From NCBI GenBank assembly GCA_044229975.1, contig JBGARZ010000004.1, positions 505,453-569,452 of the forward strand: a stretch of 64,000 nt of DNA, written 5' to 3'. The notes beneath the pieces are model-generated. The model ran no database searches. It was not told the origin of the DNA and was given only the letters and a program-made list of their open reading frames with translations. Position 1 is the stretch's first letter. The number at the start of each line of letters is the position of its first letter. Both the position numbers and the translations under genes were made by a program. This document shows positions 26,137-35,579 of this stretch, piece by piece. The DNA comes from Polyangiales bacterium. Its GTDB lineage: Bacteria; Myxococcota_A; Polyangia; Polyangiales; Ga0077539.

Positions 26137-27909
26137 ATGCGGCGGTCGATGGCGCTGGGCGGGGTAGCGCTGATGCTCGCGGTGAGCTGTGAGCGACCAC
26201 GCACCGAGCTCGTGGTGCGCGTCGACTCGGAGGTTCCGTGGGGCGCCGGGCAGACGGTGCAGTCGGTGGTTCTCTCCGTGCGTCGTGGCGGAGCGACGGG
26301 CCCGCTGCGCAGCGCGCGCACGACGCCGCTGGGCGACGGCGGCGAGCGACGGTTGCTGCCGCTGCTGGTGGGCGTGGTCGCGGCCAACGACGACACCGAC
26401 ACGCCGGTGTGGATCGAAGCGCTGGGCTGCGGCTCACCCAACGGCTGCGACGTGGCGGGCGCGGCGGTGGTGCAGCGCGCGGTGGTGCGCTTCGTGCGCG
26501 GGCAGACGCAGGAGCTGACGTTGCTGCTGGCGTCGGCGTGTGCGGGCATCGCATGCCCGAGCGACCAGCGTTGCGCCGTGGCGACCGGCATGTGCGAGCC
26601 GGCCACGCGCGCCCAGGAGATGGTGCGGCCCTTCGACGGAGACGCGACCGTCGCAGACGCTGGAACCAATGTGAGCGTCGACCGGCCTGCGATGGAGGTC
26701 GCGACGTCGCCCGATGCGACGACCGTGTTCGACGTGACGCCGGATCTCGCCACGGCGGACCTGCTTGCCGTGGAAGCGGCCGTCGACGTTCGGTTGGCGC
26801 GGGATGTTCCGGTGGTGAACGACATGCCCGTGACGCCGCCCGATGGGGACGTGCCTTTCACCGACAGGGGCTCTCCGCCCGTCGACCTCGGAACACCACC
26901 CGTCGACGTCCCGGCGGCAACGGACTCCGCACCCACGACGGGTCGCTACCTCGATCCCTGCGCCGCCAACACCGACTGCCTCTCGGGCGAGTGCCTCGAA
27001 CTCACCAACGGCGCGCGGTTCTGCACCCGGCGATGCGCGGCGTCTTCGGACTGCGCTGACGGTTTCATCTGCAACAGCCCACCGGCGGGCACTGCGGCGC
27101 GGTGCGTTCCCGACGACATCGGCACGCCCTGCACCGTCGCAACGGCGATGTCTTGCGCGCGCTTGTGCGTGGGCAACCCGGTGAGCGGCACGCAGGCGCA
27201 CTGCACCCACGAGTGCAGCTCAGCAGCCGACTGTCCCGCGGGCTACGGCTGCCAGGACGCGGGCGGCGGAACCCGCGTCTGCATCTCCGCCGAACAGCCG
27301 TGCGCCCGTGCCAGCGAGTGCACCACCAACCTCTGCATCGGGATGACCAGCGGCTTCCAGGGCTGCACCTCGCGCTGCACCAGCGACAACGACTGCCCTC
27401 GACGCATGACACGCAACGACGCGGACGCCGGCGTCGTCGCGCTGCGGCCGTACCGCTGCCAGGTGGTGAGCGGCGAGCGCCTCTGCGTGCCGCCGTTGCA
27501 GTCCAACGGTGGCGACCTGATGGGGAGCGTCGCGCTCGGTGGCTCTTGCGGGTCGAGTGCATCGCCGCAATGCCGCAGCGGCGTGTGCGACGGAGAGACC
27601 AACGTCTGTGTGCAGGGGTGTACGCCGACGGGCGGGTGCCCGGCGGGCTTCGCGTGTCGACCGTGGGTCGATGGGACGGACGTCCATCTGGTGTGTCGGC
27701 GCTCGGTCTCGGGGGCGACGCTCATCGGGCGGTCGTGCTCGATCGGCGCCGATTGCGTCACCGGGCTCTGCCAGGGGACGAGCGCGACTCCGGGCTCACC
27801 GGCGTACTGCACGCGCCTCTGCAACGACCGGCTGTGCCCGACCGGGATGACGTGCCGACCGCTCGGCTCGACCCTCGACGGGACGATGATCTCGCTCTGT
27901 CAGCCGTAG
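26137..27909 (+). CDS. Cysteine-rich lipoprotein
   Basis: Lipobox AVSC, Asp/Pro linker, repeated 'C..DC.SG.C...CTR.C...DCP.G..C' modules. Confidence 0.8.
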   Translation: MRRSMALGGVALMLAVSCERPRTELVVRVDSEVPWGAGQTVQSVVLSVRRGGATGPLRSARTTPLGDGGERRLLPLLVGVVAANDDTDTPVWIEALGCGSPNGCDVAGAAVVQRAVVRFVRGQTQELTLLLASACAGIACPSDQRCAVATGMCEPATRAQEMVRPFDGDATVADAGTNVSVDRPAMEVATSPDATTVFDVTPDLATADLLAVEAAVDVRLARDVPVVNDMPVTPPDGDVPFTDRGSPPVDLGTPPVDVPAATDSAPTTGRYLDPCAANTDCLSGECLELTNGARFCTRRCAASSDCADGFICNSPPAGTAARCVPDDIGTPCTVATAMSCARLCVGNPVSGTQAHCTHECSSAADCPAGYGCQDAGGGTRVCISAEQPCARASECTTNLCIGMTSGFQGCTSRCTSDNDCPRRMTRNDADAGVVALRPYRCQVVSGERLCVPPLQSNGGDLMGSVALGGSCGSSASPQCRSGVCDGETNVCVQGCTPTGGCPAGFACRPWVDGTDVHLVCRRSVSGATLIGRSCSIGADCVTGLCQGTSATPGSPAYCTRLCNDRLCPTGMTCRPLGSTLDGTMISLCQP

Positions 27910-27978
27910 CCTCACTCCGACCGTGCTCCCGTCACGGAGGTTGACGCCGACCGTGCCCGTCGGCTTCGATGCGAGCCG

Positions 27979-30105
27979 ATGACCTCACGACGACCGCGCG
28001 GTTGGTGGATGTTCGGTTTGCTCGTCGCGACGGGCTGTTCGTCGCCACCCGCGGCCACCGAGGACGCTGCCGTCGTCGACGCGGGCTCCACCGACGTCGG
28101 CTCCACCGACGCGGGCGCGCCCGATGCTGGCGCGCTCGACGCAGCACCCTCTGACGCCCCGAAGCCCATGGACGTCCCGGTCGTCGCCAAGGACGTCCCG
28201 TCGACCCCCATCGACACGCCGCCTCCCTCCGACGTCACGCCCGCGATGGACACGCCGCCCGCCGTCGATGTCCCGCCCGTCATCGACACGCCGCCCGTCC
28301 CCGAAGACCGCGGCCCTCCGCCGCTCGCGTGCGAGTCCGCCGCGCTCGTCGACCTCAACGCGCGCACCGCCCCCGATGGCGGCGTCTCCCGCTACCTCGG
28401 AACCACCGCCGCCGCCCCCCGCGCCCCCTCGCTCCGCGCCACCTGCGTCGGCGCCGATGGAACCGGCGAGGCCGTCCACCAGGTCGTTCATCGGTACGTC
28501 CCGCGCGTCACCGGTCGGCTGCGCGTCAGCCTCGACGACACCGGCACCGACGCCACCTTCGACACGCTCCTCTTCGCCCAACGCGACTGCTTCCCCCTCC
28601 GCACCGGCGAAGACCCGCTCGGCTGCAACGACGACGTCGAAGAGTCCGTCGCCGCGCGCCCACGCTCCTCGGCGCTGCTCACCGGCCGCGTGCTCATGGG
28701 CGTCCCCATCTACATCGTCGTCGCCGGCTATCCCCGTGGTGCCGGTGATCCGCTCCTCCCCCAAGGCGCCTACGCGCTGACGGTCACCGAGCTCCCCGAG
28801 GTGGCGCTCGGCGCAACATGTGACCTCACCGGCAACACCAACACCTGCGCCCCGGCCACCACCTGCGTCGACGGCGCAGCGGGCGCCGCTCCCCGCTGCA
28901 CCGCCGACGGCGTCGCCGACACCCATTGCCGCGACGACGGCCGCGCCGAGTGCGAAGCGGGCCTGCGCTGCGCCGATGGGTTCTGTCGACGAGCGCTCGC
29001 GGCGGGCGCGGCGTGCGGGCCCGACATCGCCGGCGTGTGCCCCGAAGAGTCGAGCTGCCAATGGGTCGATGGCGCCAACCGCTGCGTGCGCACCGGCACC
29101 CGCGACGCCGACTGCCGCGACGATGGCGCGCGCTGTGACACCGGGCTGTCGTGCGTTCACACCCGCTCGGGCGACCACTGCCGCACCACCGTCGCGGCGG
29201 GCGCCGCGTGTGATCCGTGGGGCTTCCGCAACGCCTGCGCGACGGGCTCGGTGTGTGGCCTCGCGCCGCTCGGTGCGACCGGGACCTGCGTCGCCCCCGG
29301 CAGCGTCGCCGGTGCGCCGTGTCGCCCCTCGGGGACGCGCTGCGACACCGGCCTGGAGTGTCGCCCCAGCCCCGACGGCGAGAACGAAGTCTGCGCCCGC
29401 TCCGTCGCCCCGGCCGGTCGCTGCGACCCGCTCAACGGCGTCTCCATCTGCACCATGGACACCGACTGCGTTCCCAACACTCCCCTCACGGACGGCGTGT
29501 GTGTTGCGCCCGGAACGGCGCCCGGCGCTCCGTGTCGCGGCGACGATCCGCGCTGCGACTCGGGCATCTCGTGCTCGGTCACCGAGGGTGATGGTCACTG
29601 CCAGCGCACGCTCGCGACCGGCACGGCGTGCGACCTGCGCTACGGCTCCACGCGATGCACTGGCGGGGCGTGCGTGGCGGACAGCGCGACGGCGGCGACG
29701 TGCCGCGCGGCCACGACGGAGACCGAGCCCAACGACACGGTCGCCTCGGCGACGCCCTTCACCGGCGCCTTCGCGGTGATGAGCGGCGCGCTCAACGGAA
29801 CCGACGCGCGCGACTGCCTGCGCGTGACGGTCGCCGCCAGCTCGCAGGTGGTGATCGAGACGTACACGTCCGACGACCAGACCTGCCAGCGCGTCGACGG
29901 TGATCCGTCGGTGACGGTGTACGGGCCGTCGGGCGCCGAGATCGTCCACGAGGACGACTCCCCCGGTCGCGGGCTGTGCACGACCATCGCGCCGTGGACC
30001 CACGCGCAGGCCATCGGTCTCGCCGCGGGCACCTACACCGTTTGCGTCGGCCGGGGCGGCGCCCCCGTGCCGCGATACCGCGTGTCCGTCGCGGTCTATC
30101 GCTGA
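27979..30105 (+). CDS. Cysteine-rich lipoprotein with PPC-like domains
   Basis: Lipobox ATGC, DVP linker, 'FDTLL...LGCNDD', four 'C...C(D/E)xG(L/I)xC' repeats, C-terminal 'ETEPNDT'. Confidence 0.8.
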   Translation: MTSRRPRGWWMFGLLVATGCSSPPAATEDAAVVDAGSTDVGSTDAGAPDAGALDAAPSDAPKPMDVPVVAKDVPSTPIDTPPPSDVTPAMDTPPAVDVPPVIDTPPVPEDRGPPPLACESAALVDLNARTAPDGGVSRYLGTTAAAPRAPSLRATCVGADGTGEAVHQVVHRYVPRVTGRLRVSLDDTGTDATFDTLLFAQRDCFPLRTGEDPLGCNDDVEESVAARPRSSALLTGRVLMGVPIYIVVAGYPRGAGDPLLPQGAYALTVTELPEVALGATCDLTGNTNTCAPATTCVDGAAGAAPRCTADGVADTHCRDDGRAECEAGLRCADGFCRRALAAGAACGPDIAGVCPEESSCQWVDGANRCVRTGTRDADCRDDGARCDTGLSCVHTRSGDHCRTTVAAGAACDPWGFRNACATGSVCGLAPLGATGTCVAPGSVAGAPCRPSGTRCDTGLECRPSPDGENEVCARSVAPAGRCDPLNGVSICTMDTDCVPNTPLTDGVCVAPGTAPGAPCRGDDPRCDSGISCSVTEGDGHCQRTLATGTACDLRYGSTRCTGGACVADSATAATCRAATTETEPNDTVASATPFTGAFAVMSGALNGTDARDCLRVTVAASSQVVIETYTSDDQTCQRVDGDPSVTVYGPSGAEIVHEDDSPGRGLCTTIAPWTHAQAIGLAAGTYTVCVGRGGAPVPRYRVSVAVYR

Positions 30106-30156
30106 CACTGGTCGATCGCTTGTGGCGGAGGGCGCCGCCGGACTAGGCTGGCGCCC

Positions 30157-31359
30157 ATGAAGCGCTTCTTCCTTTGCGCGGCGCTGGTGGGCGCATGCTC
30201 GTCGCGCGCGAGCGGCCTCCCCGACTTCGACTCCGGCGTGAGCACCGACCGCGGCACCGTCACCGACCTCGGAACACCCACCACGGACGTCCCGCCGAAG
30301 GGGAGTGACGTGCAGACGGCGGTCGACGCGGGCTTCCCGGTGGACATCCCGACGGCGGTCGACGTGGGCCTTCCGGTGGACGTCCCGCAGCCCGTCGACC
30401 TCGGCCCGTCGTGCGGATCAGACCGCGAGTGCAGCGCGCTCGACCTCGTCTGCGACCTGTCGCGCGGGGTCTGCGTGGAGTGCGTTCGCACGGAGGACTG
30501 CCTCGTCACGGGGCAGGTCTGCGCGAGCAACCGCTGCGTGGCGGGCTTCGACAGCGGAACGCCGCCGACCGACGTGGTGACGCCGCCGACCGACCGCGGC
30601 ACGGTGACGCCGACCGACCGCGGGGTGATCCCCGACGCGGGCCCTGGGGCGGCGCTGCTCGCGGGCCTCGGCGGGCCCAACGGCTACGGCCCGCTGGAGA
30701 ACTGCTCCGCCCCGTCGGACGACGGCTCGTACGTCGGGCCGCCGGTGGATGGTGGCACGGGGTCGAGCGCCATCGCGCTGGGGACGGGCTTCGGCGCGGG
30801 GTTGTTGCTCGGGTCGATGCGGTACCCGTCGATCTATCTCAACAACAACGGCAACCTCTCCTTCCGCGGAGCGCTCAGCGAGTACACGGCGGCGCGCTTC
30901 CCTCGCGGCACCGGCGTCCCGATGATCGCGCCGTGGTGGGGCGACGTGGACACCCGCGGCGGCGGTCAGCCCTCGCGCAACCACGTGTGCTTCGTGTCGG
31001 AGCCGTCGCGCTTCGTCGCGACCTGGTACCGCGTCGGTTACTTCACCAGCGCGGTCGACCGGCTCAACTCCTTCCAGGTCATCGTGACCCCCGCTGGGGC
31101 GGCGGGGTCGGGGGACTTCGACGCGGAGTTCCGTTACGGGCTCTGCCAATGGACGACGGGTGACGCCTCGGGCGGGACGGGCGGCCTCGGTGGCACCCCC
31201 GCGCAGGCCGGCATCGACGTCGGCGACTCGACCAACGCGGTGTCCTTCCCGGGGTCGGGCACCGCCGATGTGCTGTACCTCTGCACCACGTCCAACGTCG
31301 GCATCCCCGGCGTGTGGCGCGTCCAGGTTCGCTCGGGCATTCCGCGCAATCCCATTTGA
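30157..31359 (+). CDS. Lipoprotein with nidogen-like (NIDO) domain
   Basis: Lipobox VGAC and NIDO motifs 'YLNNNGNLSF', 'MIAPWWGDVDTR', 'ATWYRVG', 'NSFQV', 'SNVGIPGVW'. Confidence 0.85.
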   Translation: MKRFFLCAALVGACSSRASGLPDFDSGVSTDRGTVTDLGTPTTDVPPKGSDVQTAVDAGFPVDIPTAVDVGLPVDVPQPVDLGPSCGSDRECSALDLVCDLSRGVCVECVRTEDCLVTGQVCASNRCVAGFDSGTPPTDVVTPPTDRGTVTPTDRGVIPDAGPGAALLAGLGGPNGYGPLENCSAPSDDGSYVGPPVDGGTGSSAIALGTGFGAGLLLGSMRYPSIYLNNNGNLSFRGALSEYTAARFPRGTGVPMIAPWWGDVDTRGGGQPSRNHVCFVSEPSRFVATWYRVGYFTSAVDRLNSFQVIVTPAGAAGSGDFDAEFRYGLCQWTTGDASGGTGGLGGTPAQAGIDVGDSTNAVSFPGSGTADVLYLCTTSNVGIPGVWRVQVRSGIPRNPI

Positions 31360-31401
31360 TGATCGTTGAACTCTCTCTCTTCCAACAAAGCGGTGGCGAC
31401 A

Positions 31402-32394
31402 ATGGCAGGTAATCCAGGTGGTGGTTGGGGTGGTGGCGGTCCGTTCGGTCCTCCGGGCGGGGCACCTCCGGGCGGTGGTGGGTTCGGTCCTCCGGGTGGC
31501 GGTGGTCCGTTCGGTCCTCCCGGTGGAGCACCTCCGGGCGGTGGTGGGTTCGGTCCTCCAGGTGGTGGCGGTCCGTTCGGTCCTCCCGGTGGCGCGCCTC
31601 CGGGTGGCTTCGGTCCTCCGGGCGGAGCGCCTCCCGGTGGGTTCGGTCCTCCCGGCGGGTTCAACCCGGGCGGCGGGGCGCCTCCGGGCTTCGGTCCTCC
31701 GGGCGGCGGGGCGCCTCCGGGCTTCGGTCCTCCGGGCGGCGGGTTTCCGTCGCAGCCGGGCGGCTTCCAGCAGCCGGGCTACGGCGCGCCGGGCGGCTTC
31801 AACCAGATGCCTCCGCAGTCGTCGTCCAAGAAGGGCATCCTCATCGGCATCGCGGCGGTGGTGCTCGGTGGGGCGTGCGTCGCCGCCATGGTCGCGGCCA
31901 AGGCCGCCAACGACAAGGAGCAGGCGACCTACGGCGCGCTGAAGACCGTGTGCAGCGGTCAGGGCGTCGCGGCCGCGCGGATGTACGCCCCGACGGCTCT
32001 GCCCCACCGCGTCGTGGGCATCGCCCGCACCACCGCGGGCGGCGAGTGGAGCGTGCAGAACTCCCTCATCCCCACCGGCCGTCGCTCCCCCGACGTGGCC
32101 GGCACCGACATCGTCGCGTGCTTCGAGCCCATCATCGAGCAGAACGTCGGCACCTGCGAAGTCTGGCGCACCCGCAACGGCCTCCGCGTGCCGGGCACCA
32201 CGCGCAACGTTCCGCAGTTCCAGATCTTCCGCCCGGTGCGGCTCGTGTCGGCGCAGACCGGCGTGCTGCTCAACCAGACCACCCTCGTCGGCGGCGCTCC
32301 CCCGAGCTGCTCCGGCGGCGGCAGCAGCTTCCGCGGCAGCTCGCCCGACGACGACGAGGTCAACACGTACCTCGCGCCGCTCCTCGACCGCTGA
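31402..32394 (+). CDS. Membrane protein with N-terminal Gly/Pro/Phe low-complexity repeats
   Basis: ATG at 31402, ~135 aa of GGxFGPPGG repeats, one TM, and a Cys-containing C-terminal domain. Confidence 0.8.
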   Translation: MAGNPGGGWGGGGPFGPPGGAPPGGGGFGPPGGGGPFGPPGGAPPGGGGFGPPGGGGPFGPPGGAPPGGFGPPGGAPPGGFGPPGGFNPGGGAPPGFGPPGGGAPPGFGPPGGGFPSQPGGFQQPGYGAPGGFNQMPPQSSSKKGILIGIAAVVLGGACVAAMVAAKAANDKEQATYGALKTVCSGQGVAAARMYAPTALPHRVVGIARTTAGGEWSVQNSLIPTGRRSPDVAGTDIVACFEPIIEQNVGTCEVWRTRNGLRVPGTTRNVPQFQIFRPVRLVSAQTGVLLNQTTLVGGAPPSCSGGGSSFRGSSPDDDEVNTYLAPLLDR

Positions 32395-32435
32395 CCTCTC
32401 CTCTCCCGCTCTGCCACCTCTGCTAGCGTGCGGAG

Positions 32436-33152
32436 GTGGTGCTCTTCCTCATCGCCTTCATCGCGATCCTCGTCCTGACGGTCCCTGTCGCGATGTGGTT
32501 CACCACCTGGCGGTCGGCCTGGGAGCGCTGGCTTCCGCGCGTCGTCAGCACCGAGAACGTGGGGCATGGCGAGTACCGCGACGCGACGGTCTCGCGGCTC
32601 CGCGCGGATGGTCCACCGATGGTCGTGCGCCTCGCCGCGCTGGGCTCGTGGGTGCTCGGGACGATGTTCGTCCCGGGCCTCCTGGGGTGCCTCTGCGGGC
32701 TGTTGTTCGTGGGCCTCGGGCTCCTCCTGGTCCCCGGGCTCATCCTCGCGGCGCGGCTCTTCCTGCTCGGCGCCCCGCTGCTCCACGCCGAGCCCGCGTC
32801 CGCCGTGAAGGCACGCTCGCTCGCCCGCTTCGCCCGCGTCCTCAACTACGTCGTGCTGGCCCTGTGCAGCGGCGCGCTGGTCATCAATCTCCCCGAGGTC
32901 GTGCGCCACGGCGGCCATGGCAGCGCCGGCAACGGCATCGCCATCGCGCTCGGGGTGGCCCTGTACGCGGGCCTCTCGCTCGCGCACGCCGCGCTGCTCA
33001 TCCGCTCCGCCGAGGCCATCGAGGCGCAGCAGCCGCCCGCCGCGGTCGGCCTCTCCGGCCTCCGCATCGACGCCCTCGCGGGCTACGTCCCGCCGCAGGA
33101 GGACGAGGCCGCGGCGCGCGCCCGCGAAGAGCGCGACGCGCTCACCCGGTAG
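32436..33152 (+). CDS. Multi-pass membrane protein, hypothetical
   Basis: About 5 hydrophobic segments. GGAGG overlaps the GTG start region. Confidence 0.65.
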   Translation: MVLFLIAFIAILVLTVPVAMWFTTWRSAWERWLPRVVSTENVGHGEYRDATVSRLRADGPPMVVRLAALGSWVLGTMFVPGLLGCLCGLLFVGLGLLLVPGLILAARLFLLGAPLLHAEPASAVKARSLARFARVLNYVVLALCSGALVINLPEVVRHGGHGSAGNGIAIALGVALYAGLSLAHAALLIRSAEAIEAQQPPAAVGLSGLRIDALAGYVPPQEDEAAARAREERDALTR

Positions 33153-33155
33153 CGG

Positions 33156-33734
33156 TCAGTTCGCCAGCGCGCCGCCGAGGATCCAGTTGCGGATGAGCGT
33201 GCGCTCGGCCTGCGAGAGCGGCGCCGCGAGCTGTGGCATCTGCGCGCCGCAGGGGTTGCGACCGGGCGAGGTCATGCACTCCGTCGGGAGCACCCGGCGC
33301 ATGGAGCCATCGAGCTTGATCACGAGGTAGCTGTTGTCCGGGTCACCCGGCGCCACGAGTCGCACGCTCGGCACTTGATCAGCCGGCTGATCGACGAGCG
33401 ACGCGTGGGACAGCGCCGCGCTGGTGAGGCGCAACCCACCAGAGCCCGAGCGCCCATGACACGCGTCGGTGATGCACGACCGCACGAACAACGCCTGCAC
33501 GTCCCCAAACGGAACCACCGGGGTCTGCACGTCCTCCTCGCCCGCGTCGACGTCCGCATCGGGGGCCTTCCCCACGTCGTCGGCGCCCGCGTCGACCACG
33601 TCGACGCCGAGGTCGCTCACCACGTCGGAGCCCGCATCCTGAGGGGCCACGGTCGGTTCGTCGGAGCATCCCGCGAGGGTCGCCACGAGCGCGACGGTCG
33701 TCCATCGAAGCAAGGTCATGATGGGCGCTCTCAT
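33156..33734 (-). CDS. Lipoprotein with putative c-type heme domain
   Basis: Lipobox LAGC, 'SCITDACH', 'PGDPDNSYL', 'QMP', 'IRNWI..GA'. Confidence 0.75.
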   Translation of the reverse strand: MRAPIMTLLRWTTVALVATLAGCSDEPTVAPQDAGSDVVSDLGVDVVDAGADDVGKAPDADVDAGEEDVQTPVVPFGDVQALFVRSCITDACHGRSGSGGLRLTSAALSHASLVDQPADQVPSVRLVAPGDPDNSYLVIKLDGSMRRVLPTECMTSPGRNPCGAQMPQLAAPLSQAERTLIRNWILGGALAN

Positions 33735-33802
33735 AGCCTCATGGGCGGGCGCGCAGCAACGTGGTCTGTACGCCCGTCATGCGCGGCAGTGGAGCCTTCT
33801 CC

Positions 33803-35371
33803 TCAGGGCGTTGCAGCGCGTGGCGCGAGGTGGATGTTGGCCTGCAACGCACGGCCGAGCCCGACCGATCCGCTGCCCGCCTGACCGCCATCGCCGAGCG
33901 TCCACGTGACCCGCGTCGTGTCGACCACGGTGCCCATCTGCGCGACCACGCCGAGGCTCGGTCCACCCGCGCCCGGCGCGCCGCTGCCGCCTCGCCCGCC
34001 GATGCCTCCGGCCCCACCGCCCGCGACGGCGCCCGAGCCCGTGCCGCCCGCGCCGCCCGCGCCGCCCGCGCCGCCCGCGCCGCCCGCCTGCCCGTTGCCG
34101 CCGCCGCGCGTCTCGATGGTCATGTCCGTGAGCGACACCCGAACGCCGTCTCCCCACGCGTACACGCCGATGGACGCGCCGCCGAACTGCCCGCCGTCGC
34201 CGCCGCGCCCGCCGCAACCGCCGCCACCGCCGCCGCCGCCCTGGGAGCTCGCGTCCGCCGTGTAGCCGCCGCCGCCACCGCCGCCCGTGCCGCCGGTCTC
34301 GCCCGCCTCGCCGCGGCTCACGTCGTAGCCGCGATCGCCGAAGCCTCCGAGCGCGGTGAAGCGCCCCGTCCCGCCCACCGGGCCGGCGCCGCCGGTCGTC
34401 GCGAGAACGCCGTTCATCCCGCCCGCGCCGCCCATCGGAGCGGCGCCTTCGCGCGTCATGCTCCCGGTCGCGCCCGCCTCGCCGTTGCGCGTTCCGACCG
34501 GGCCGCCGTTGCCGCCGCGCCCCGTGTCTCCGCCGCAGCCCAGACCCCCGCGACCCATCGACGTGCCCGGTCCGCCCGGGGTGCCCTCGGTGCCCACGGC
34601 GCCCGTGTCGGCCGCGCTCGTCAGCGCGTCGGAGCCCCGACACGCCTGCACGCGCCCGCGGTCGAGGGTGACCTGGCCGGAGCCCGACACGAGCAGGCCG
34701 TAGCAGCTCAGACCCGGAAACGAGTTGGCCAGCTCGGACACCAGGTCGACGTCGTGGAAGACCACCGCCGTCGTCAGCCCGAAGGAGAACGCCGCCGCGA
34801 CCTGGCCACGCAACACCGAGCGCTGCGACGCATCGGTGACGTGCGACACCCATCCCCCGGCGCCGCCCGGGTAGCGACCCGAGATGGTGACGCCGTCCAC
34901 CAGGCGATGCGAGGCGATCATCTCCGCGCCGCCGTCGCCGAGGGACACCGGGGTCGCGTCGTAGGTGCCCACCGCCACGAGGATCGAGCGCCGCGTGGTG
35001 CCCTGCGCGATGGCGAGCGCCGCGGAGACCGTTCGCACCGACTGCGCGGGCTCCAATCCCGAGTTGGTGTCGGCCCCGTCGGGCGAGACGAAGATCGTGT
35101 TGGCGCGCGTACCGTCGACGCCGTCGCAGTCGCTGTCCGTTCCGTCGCCCGGCGCGTCGACGGCGCCCGGGGTGCACACGTCCATCGAGGGCCCGGTGTC
35201 GGTGACGCCGCCGCCGTCGAAGGTGTTGACGTCCGTCGTCACGCCCGCGTCCGGGAGCACACACCGTGTCCCGTCGAAGCTGTAGCCCATCTCGCAGTTC
35301 ACCTTCGTCTCAGTGCACCCGCCCAGCAGCGCCATGAGCCCGAGGCCCGCCGTCATCCGTCGTTGAAGCAT
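33803..35371 (-). CDS. Gly-rich (PE-PGRS-like) lipoprotein
   Basis: Lipobox LGGC, 'DSDCDG' repeat-type motif, 'FVSPDGAD', long Gly-rich tracts. Confidence 0.75.
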   Translation of the reverse strand: MLQRRMTAGLGLMALLGGCTETKVNCEMGYSFDGTRCVLPDAGVTTDVNTFDGGGVTDTGPSMDVCTPGAVDAPGDGTDSDCDGVDGTRANTIFVSPDGADTNSGLEPAQSVRTVSAALAIAQGTTRRSILVAVGTYDATPVSLGDGGAEMIASHRLVDGVTISGRYPGGAGGWVSHVTDASQRSVLRGQVAAAFSFGLTTAVVFHDVDLVSELANSFPGLSCYGLLVSGSGQVTLDRGRVQACRGSDALTSAADTGAVGTEGTPGGPGTSMGRGGLGCGGDTGRGGNGGPVGTRNGEAGATGSMTREGAAPMGGAGGMNGVLATTGGAGPVGGTGRFTALGGFGDRGYDVSRGEAGETGGTGGGGGGGYTADASSQGGGGGGGGCGGRGGDGGQFGGASIGVYAWGDGVRVSLTDMTIETRGGGNGQAGGAGGAGGAGGAGGTGSGAVAGGGAGGIGGRGGSGAPGAGGPSLGVVAQMGTVVDTTRVTWTLGDGGQAGSGSVGLGRALQANIHLAPRAATP

Positions 35372-35449
35372 CGCGACGAGAATACCCACACCGGCTTCCC
35401 AATCCCACGTTTCCGGGAACCTCTGCCCCGCGCGGTGCCTCTCACTCGC

Positions 35450-35465
35450 TGGCACGTCCATCGCA
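35450..35465 (+). promoter_or_regulatory. Putative sigma54 (-24/-12) promoter
   Basis: TGGCACGTCCATCGCA versus consensus TGGCAC-N5-TTGCA, about 115 bp upstream of the 35580 gene. Confidence 0.55.
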
Positions 35466-35579
35466 GAAAGTCCCAACGAGTGACGCGCTCATGCGTCCCA
35501 TGGATGAACCGCCCGTAAGCCGTCTGCACCTCCACACGTTGATGTCGTCGACGCCCGCGACGAGAGGAGAACGAGAGCC

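Noticed and set aside
34035..34095. 9-bp CGCCGCCCG tandem repeat
   Set aside because: Simply encodes the GAG/GGA repeats of the Gly-rich lipoprotein.
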